From positions 1 through 20,211 of the forward strand of contig WAMV01000011.1 in the NCBI GenBank assembly GCA_015522145.1: DNA of 20,211 nt, in the 5' to 3' direction. The DNA comes from Candidatus Aenigmatarchaeota archaeon. Its GTDB lineage: Archaea > Aenigmatarchaeota > Aenigmatarchaeia > CG10238-14 > WAMV01. Made by a program: the position numbers and the translations under genes. Under the pieces are notes generated by a model. That model ran no database searches and was not told the DNA's origin. It was given only the letters and a program-made list of their open reading frames with translations. Position 1 is the stretch's first letter. Every line of letters begins with the position of its first letter. This document shows positions 15,650-20,211 of the stretch, one piece after another.

Positions 15650-16086
15650 GATCTCCATAATATCACCTTTAAATACCCCATATCATTTTCAATGAATGTT
15701 GGTGCTTTAACTACAATTATTTTGGGCCAGCCTTTATTGCCTCCTTCACAAACAACATCTCTTTCTGGAAGAGTTTTTTGAATTTCTTTAGCCACGATAA
15801 AGTATACCCTCAAATTTGAACCTGAAAACATATTATTAATTTCTTGACCTATTTGAGAAGAGAGTTCTTTACATTTAGTTGAGTTTATGACAAAGGGCTC
15901 GTTGGTTATTCTTGGGTCTTTTGAAATCATTCTAGCTATTGCTAAAGCTGTTTGTTGATATTTTAATGCATCTAGGTTTGCTAAAAGTTCTAAGCCTTTT
16001 ATCATGAACAAAAATGCTCCTACTATAATTAACCCTAGAACTATTAAGCTCATCAGCATTTTGGGTATGGCAGCTAAGCTTTTCAT
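15646..16086 (-). CDS. Pilin-like protein (MKS|LAAIP)
   Basis: Short basic leader, hydrophobic helix, small Cys-pair globular domain; ATGA-coupled. Confidence 0.7.
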   Translation of the reverse strand: MKSLAAIPKMLMSLIVLGLIIVGAFLFMIKGLELLANLDALKYQQTALAIARMISKDPRITNEPFVINSTKCKELSSQIGQEINNMFSGSNLRVYFIVAKEIQKTLPERDVVCEGGNKGWPKIIVVKAPTFIENDMGYLKVILWRS

Positions 16087-16490
16087 GAAAGCACCACTAT
16101 GGAAATCTTATCCCCTTGCTTCTTTATCACAAATTCTTTTCCTTGCAAATTAAAATTCGTGCCTGATAAGTATGGAAAAACAACTTTGCAAATATTCTCT
16201 TTATCAGCGAAATTTCCTGGGCATTCGCTTCTTATTACCTCTAGTTGTGAGTTAGAGGCTTTAAGCCTGTATGTTGCTTTATAGCTAATAGTTGTTTGAA
16301 CATCTTGCAAGTTAGAGGATTTTAAAAGAAAAGTTGCTAGAGAAATGTCACTTGCCACATCCCAAGCTGTCTGGGAAAAAATGTGGAATATGACATACTG
16401 CAATTGCTCTCCAAAAACATAAAACGCAAAAAGAATAATTGCTATGATTGAAACGATTATAATGATAACATCTGGCACGACGCTTGCCAT
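16083..16490 (-). CDS. Pilin-like protein lacking a basic leader (MASVVPD...)
   Basis: N-terminal hydrophobic helix then amphipathic helix and beta strands with a Cys pair; inside the operon. Confidence 0.65.
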   Translation of the reverse strand: MASVVPDVIIIIVSIIAIILFAFYVFGEQLQYVIFHIFSQTAWDVASDISLATFLLKSSNLQDVQTTISYKATYRLKASNSQLEVIRSECPGNFADKENICKVVFPYLSGTNFNLQGKEFVIKKQGDKISIVVLS

Positions 16491-16498
16491 AATTTAAT

Positions 16499-16786
16499 TT
16501 AAGATTGAACATTTATTTTGCAATCATCTGGGCTTGGTTCTGTTATGCCGAATTGCTCGCAGCCTTTAGGTTCTCTTTCATTCCAAGAAGGGGTTGGAGG
16601 ATTGCTAGGGTCTAAGCCCTTTAATCGCCACTCAAAGCAATATTTGATTAATTTGGATTGACATGCTTGCTCATTGGCTTCCTGCGAAAAAATTGTGGAA
16701 AAATCAAAAAAGATAAAAACAATTATGAGTAGTGAAATTAATACTACGCCTATTATGAACAATGTATGCGCTGTTACTGCTTTCAT
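16499..16786 (-). CDS. Small pilin-like protein (MKA|VT) with Cx7C motif
   Basis: Likely ATG 16786; class III-like signal, 4 Cys. Confidence 0.7.
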   Translation of the reverse strand: MKAVTAHTLFIIGVVLISLLIIVFIFFDFSTIFSQEANEQACQSKLIKYCFEWRLKGLDPSNPPTPSWNEREPKGCEQFGITEPSPDDCKINVQS

Positions 16787-16788
16787 GT

Positions 16789-17031
16789 TCAGCACTTAGA
16801 TGGTAATTTATCAGCATAAGATGCACATTCTGGGACATAGTTACTAATCTCGCTTGGAGAATTTATTGCTCCTATAGCACAAAGTCTTTGGAACTCTGCT
16901 AAGCAGTAAGCTTCATCTATACTACTTGTTCCTTTTTGAAAATTGGTAACATACCAATAAGCTACGGTTGCTATTATTATTACTGCGAAAACTACAGCAA
17001 TTATGTAAGGTACTGGTACGGCGGCTTTCAT
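16789..17031 (-). CDS. Small pilin-like protein (MKA|AV) with Cx7C motif
   Basis: Class III-like signal, hydrophobic helix, 4 Cys, SNYVPEC. Confidence 0.72.
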   Translation of the reverse strand: MKAAVPVPYIIAVVFAVIIIATVAYWYVTNFQKGTSSIDEAYCLAEFQRLCAIGAINSPSEISNYVPECASYADKLPSKC

Positions 17032-17041
17032 AAATAAAAAT

Positions 17042-17803
17042 TTATGCTGGTTGTATATTAATGACTCTTATATATTCTATAAAATTAAAACCAGAAGCCT
17101 CATCTAGATCGAACCACACTTTAACTCTTTGTGGTTTAATAATTGCTTTGTTATAGGATGGTAGTTTGTTATCTAGTAATCCCCCCAGATCACAATCTTC
17201 TCTATCTTTTTCACTTACAGAGCTTATTTGAGTGGATGGTTTTATAAAATTATAATCTACATAAGTAGATGCTTTAAGTTGGCCCTCTTGGTTCATACAC
17301 CAAATTTCTCTTGTAAACTGTTCAATGAATTTTTTATCTATTTGTCTTTCTTTTTGAGTTAAACCACTTAAGTCGATTATTATTGGTCTATTAGAAAATT
17401 TACCTTGTGTAAAAGGGTCTCCACACAACTCCTCTTTTGTCTTTCCATTCTCTCGATACAAAGTTATAGCTTGGCCACACGTTTTAAAATCTTTGTAATA
17501 TGTCCTTCCTCCTCTCCCACTAAATGGTATAGATCCCTCGAACTGTAAATCTTGATATTTCACAGGTATATTATCCCAATCATAATTACAAATTGCGTAA
17601 GCACAAAGCACAGCTTTTTCAACAGTTGTTGGTTCTGCCGGCTCAAAAATTCCTAAATTTGAAGCAATGTTAGCTATGGCATCTAAAATGTTGCCTCCAG
17701 CTTCTTTTCCTTTAGATATTAAAAAGCTTCCCGTGCCTATTAACAACAACAAAAGTATAATTCCTCCTATAATAACAAAAGTTTGTGTAGCAATTGTCTT
17801 CAT
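17042..17803 (-). CDS. Pilin-like protein (MKT|IA) with Cys-containing ectodomain
   Basis: Short leader, Leu-rich helix, 6 Cys. Confidence 0.68.
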   Translation of the reverse strand: MKTIATQTFVIIGGIILLLLLIGTGSFLISKGKEAGGNILDAIANIASNLGIFEPAEPTTVEKAVLCAYAICNYDWDNIPVKYQDLQFEGSIPFSGRGGRTYYKDFKTCGQAITLYRENGKTKEELCGDPFTQGKFSNRPIIIDLSGLTQKERQIDKKFIEQFTREIWCMNQEGQLKASTYVDYNFIKPSTQISSVSEKDREDCDLGGLLDNKLPSYNKAIIKPQRVKVWFDLDEASGFNFIEYIRVINIQPA

Positions 17804-17836
17804 TAAATTAAATTTTGTTGGTAATGATAATTAAAT

Positions 17837-18034
17837 CTAACAAGGTCTCCAAGGACAAAGACTTATAACACCCCACACTTGTTTTTCTATCCAAGCTTTA
17901 AACTTCTCAAAGAAATCTTTTATTAAATTGGAAGAAAATTCCAAAATCTTGCCTCCAAAAAAGTAGAGTATGGCTAAAGCTATTAAAGCTAGTATAAGCG
18001 TAGCTATTAAAGCCAGTATTGCTCCGCTAACCAC
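17837..18034 (-). CDS. Small hydrophobic pilin-like peptide, 65 aa
   Basis: GTG start; one TM helix, amphipathic helix, C-terminal CPWRPC. Confidence 0.6.
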   Translation of the reverse strand: MVSGAILALIATLILALIALAILYFFGGKILEFSSNLIKDFFEKFKAWIEKQVWGVISLCPWRPC

Positions 18035-18052
18035 AATAAATTATTGTAGAAA

Positions 18053-18184
18053 TTACGATAATAGTTTTTCCCATGCTAACTGAGCTATTAATTGCTTGCC
18101 AAAATTAAAATACAAAGCTAATAGCAAAATTACAACTATCAAAGCTATTAACAGCCAAAATATTGCTTTAGTTATTCCTTTCAT
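18053..18184 (-). CDS. Minimal 43-aa pilin-like peptide (MKG|IT), not in ORF track
   Basis: Hand translation MKGITKAIFWLLIALIVVILLLALYFNFGKQLIAQLAWEKLLS*; ATG overlaps the platform gene TGA. Confidence 0.78.
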   Translation of the reverse strand: MKGITKAIFWLLIALIVVILLLALYFNFGKQLIAQLAWEKLLS

Positions 18185-20040
18185 ACTACCACTGCCTGTA
18201 CGATTGATGAAAACATCAAATAAACTAATATCGTAACGACAAAATAAATCAAAGATGCCACTATAAGATTTTTAGCAATCTCTATCTTTTTCTCAACAAC
18301 GTCATCACCTTTGCTTATACTTGCCAGGAAATTTGAAATCATGATTACAATCTCTATCAAATAAATCCCAATTACTGTTTGGAAGAGGTAGAAAGGCATT
18401 ATCTGGCTTATGTTAACAAAGCTTGTTACGAATGTTTGAGAGCTTAAGCCAGCTACACCTGAAGTATCTTGGAATAAGGATTGGGCAACATTACCAAACT
18501 GCAATATTAGCACTATCATCAAAGCTGTTAAAGAGCTCACAACACCTGCAGACAATGGAGCAAGCAGCAAAGCCTGTATTTTCATTGATGAAGTAGTTTC
18601 TTCAAGCAACTCTTTAAGCAACGCATCAACTTCCTTTATGTTTTTAAGATAAGTGCTTATGTCTTTCAATGTTTTGGAAAGGATTGTGAAGCTTTTCTTG
18701 CTTATCTCAGCTATAGCCTTAAGTATAGCGTTTATCAGACTTGAGTTATAATGTTTTATTGCTCCTATTTTTGGATCAAAAACAGCTTTCTCAAAACTTA
18801 CGCCAAAGGTTTTAATGTTATGAACTATGCTGTTAAAAAGTTTGGAAATTTCCAGAGTTTTAATTTTGGCTGTTAAGCTCTCTAGAGATTTTTCTAAAGG
18901 CATCCCCCTACCTACTATATTGCTTAGCTGATAAACCGCTTCTACAAACTCATCTTCTATTTTCTCTATTTTTCTTTTTTGGGCTGAAGCTTTTCTGCTA
19001 GAAAAATAAAAATACAGAGCTATTCCCATGCCTAAAGCAACTATGGAAGAGACGGAATAGAAAAGCTGAGCTTCGCTAAAAACTCCTCCTTGCAAGCTTG
19101 CCTGCCAGAAAAGGTAAGAGAATAGCAAAGCAAAAATCATAAACAAGATCAAAGAAAAATAGTCAAATTTCTCTTTAATCTTTACTGAGTGAAAGCTGTA
19201 TGGTCTCTTCCTTAGATAATAGATTGCTAAATAATAGACGCTTAATGGCAATAAAACGTTATAGCCTATAACCAGAAATACTGGCTGAAAAGTTTCTGGC
19301 ATAAATATTGCAACAAAAGGCAAGAACACTAAGCCTACTATAGGCAACAATATACCTAAAGCGTTTATAACAGTTATAGGAACTTTCAGCTGAGCAGCAA
19401 ACTCTTTCATTCTTTGTTTTGTTCCGTTTAGAATGAAATCAACTGCTTCCCTAATAGTTTTTTCCCTCTGCTCGCCATACTGGCTTATAGAGTTTTTAAG
19501 TAAGTAGAGTGCTTCAGCAAACTCTTCATAATCGCTTCTCCACTTCTCTATAAAGCTATCAAAAGCTTCCTCAAAGCTAGAGTATTTGCGCGTATAGGTT
19601 TTCCATAAAATTTCTTTTAAATCTTGAGCTAGTGCACCGCTTAAGTTTTGCTGAGCATACTTTATTGCTCTTTCTAAATTTGGGCTTATACGCAATGCTG
19701 TGGCCATGTAAAGTATGCAGAAAACCATTTCTTCGCTAGCTTTAATCCTAAAAACATCCCTAGCATAAAAGGGATAGGTATAAAGAAAGTAAAAAACAAC
19801 TAAACCCAAAATTAAAGTCACTACGAATGTTGCTAAATTTAACCAATTGAAAATAGTCAAAACGAACAATCCTAAAATTGTTAAAATTGATGGCAAAATT
19901 ATAGCTAAAGTAAAAGCCCTTTCAGCCTTAGTTTTTATATGAGCAAATTCTAAAGCGTCTTCGTAGCTTCTTTTCAGCTTTGCAGGAATTGGTAAATTAA
20001 AGAAAAAAGAATTGCAAAGCTTCTCGTAAATTTCAAACAT
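18181..20040 (-). CDS. Type IV pilus/T2SS membrane platform protein (TadB/TadC/FlaJ-like, two T2SSF-like domains)
   Basis: Two cytoplasmic helical repeats (YMATALRISPNLERAI; QLSNIVGRGMPLEKSL), each followed by TM bundles; heads an operon of pilin-like genes. Confidence 0.82.
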   Translation of the reverse strand: MFEIYEKLCNSFFFNLPIPAKLKRSYEDALEFAHIKTKAERAFTLAIILPSILTILGLFVLTIFNWLNLATFVVTLILGLVVFYFLYTYPFYARDVFRIKASEEMVFCILYMATALRISPNLERAIKYAQQNLSGALAQDLKEILWKTYTRKYSSFEEAFDSFIEKWRSDYEEFAEALYLLKNSISQYGEQREKTIREAVDFILNGTKQRMKEFAAQLKVPITVINALGILLPIVGLVFLPFVAIFMPETFQPVFLVIGYNVLLPLSVYYLAIYYLRKRPYSFHSVKIKEKFDYFSLILFMIFALLFSYLFWQASLQGGVFSEAQLFYSVSSIVALGMGIALYFYFSSRKASAQKRKIEKIEDEFVEAVYQLSNIVGRGMPLEKSLESLTAKIKTLEISKLFNSIVHNIKTFGVSFEKAVFDPKIGAIKHYNSSLINAILKAIAEISKKSFTILSKTLKDISTYLKNIKEVDALLKELLEETTSSMKIQALLLAPLSAGVVSSLTALMIVLILQFGNVAQSLFQDTSGVAGLSSQTFVTSFVNISQIMPFYLFQTVIGIYLIEIVIMISNFLASISKGDDVVEKKIEIAKNLIVASLIYFVVTILVYLMFSSIVQAVVV

Positions 20041-20079
20041 AATTTAATTTTGTCGTTTTTTGTTGATATAGAAAACCGC

Positions 20080-20211
20080 TTATACTGGAAACACATCTGG
20101 AGGTAATGGTGGTAATCCAGGATTTTGTTCTTCTTGAGTTTGGGTCTCTATACAGGAAGGGACGTAATTAGAGCATGACTCAACGCCTTTTTGAGCTAAA
20201 AAGTCCTGCCA
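20080..20211 (-). CDS. Partial CDS (3' end), probably another pilin-like protein with a Pro-rich tail
   Basis: Open frame from the window edge: WQDFLAQKGVESCSNYVPSCIETQTQEEQNPGLPPLPPDVFPV*; SNYVPSC resembles SNYVPEC in 16789-17031. Confidence 0.6.
   Translation of the reverse strand, partial: WQDFLAQKGVESCSNYVPSCIETQTQEEQNPGLPPLPPDVFPV

Noticed and set aside
221..16284. Short antisense or alternate-frame ORFs in the track (e.g. 221-460, 1146-1415, 2420-2662, 3864-4130, 5586-5768, 6779-7111, 9686-10228, 11718-11927, 14387-14647, 16099-16284)
   Set aside because: They lie within well-supported genes and show no recognisable motifs; typical shadow ORFs.
18181..20040. Archaellum motor FlaJ/ArlJ
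   Set aside because: No archaellin, FlaH or FlaI in the window; neighbours are diverse pilin-like genes.
1..20211. CRISPR array, rRNA genes, transposases or defence systems
   Set aside because: No regularly spaced repeats, rRNA-like tracts or matching protein motifs were seen by eye.

Overview
AT-rich archaeal chromosomal window; gene content and style suggest a DPANN archaeon, possibly Aenigmarchaeota-like (inference). Left part: KH-domain rRNA-processing protein, topoisomerase VI B/A, an intron-containing tRNA-Thr(UGU), a 34-aa membrane peptide, a CPA1 antiporter, an MBL-fold hydrolase, a Zn-finger protein behind a highly structured leader, a two-intron tRNA-Trp(CCA), an EExxH zincin-like protein and pcm. 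Middle: a complete AMP-salvage operon (R15P isomerase, form III RuBisCO, an eight-Cys peptide, AMP phosphorylase) and alba. Right ~8.5 kb: a type IV pilus-like locus with a double-T2SSF platform protein and about ten pilin-like genes with ultrashort MK[G/A/S/T] leaders. The most novel signal is in the tRNA introns. The 54-nt tRNA-Thr intron has C/D-box architecture, and its guide is complementary to the conserved 23S rRNA peptidyl-transferase segment GACCGUCGUG (D+5 on the E. coli 2590 / yeast Cm2959-equivalent C) and also to C39 of its own precursor. The tRNA-Trp intron 2 carries an antisense element whose D+5 position falls on C34. A second candidate is a switch-like RNA or -1 frameshift cassette at 5500-5650.
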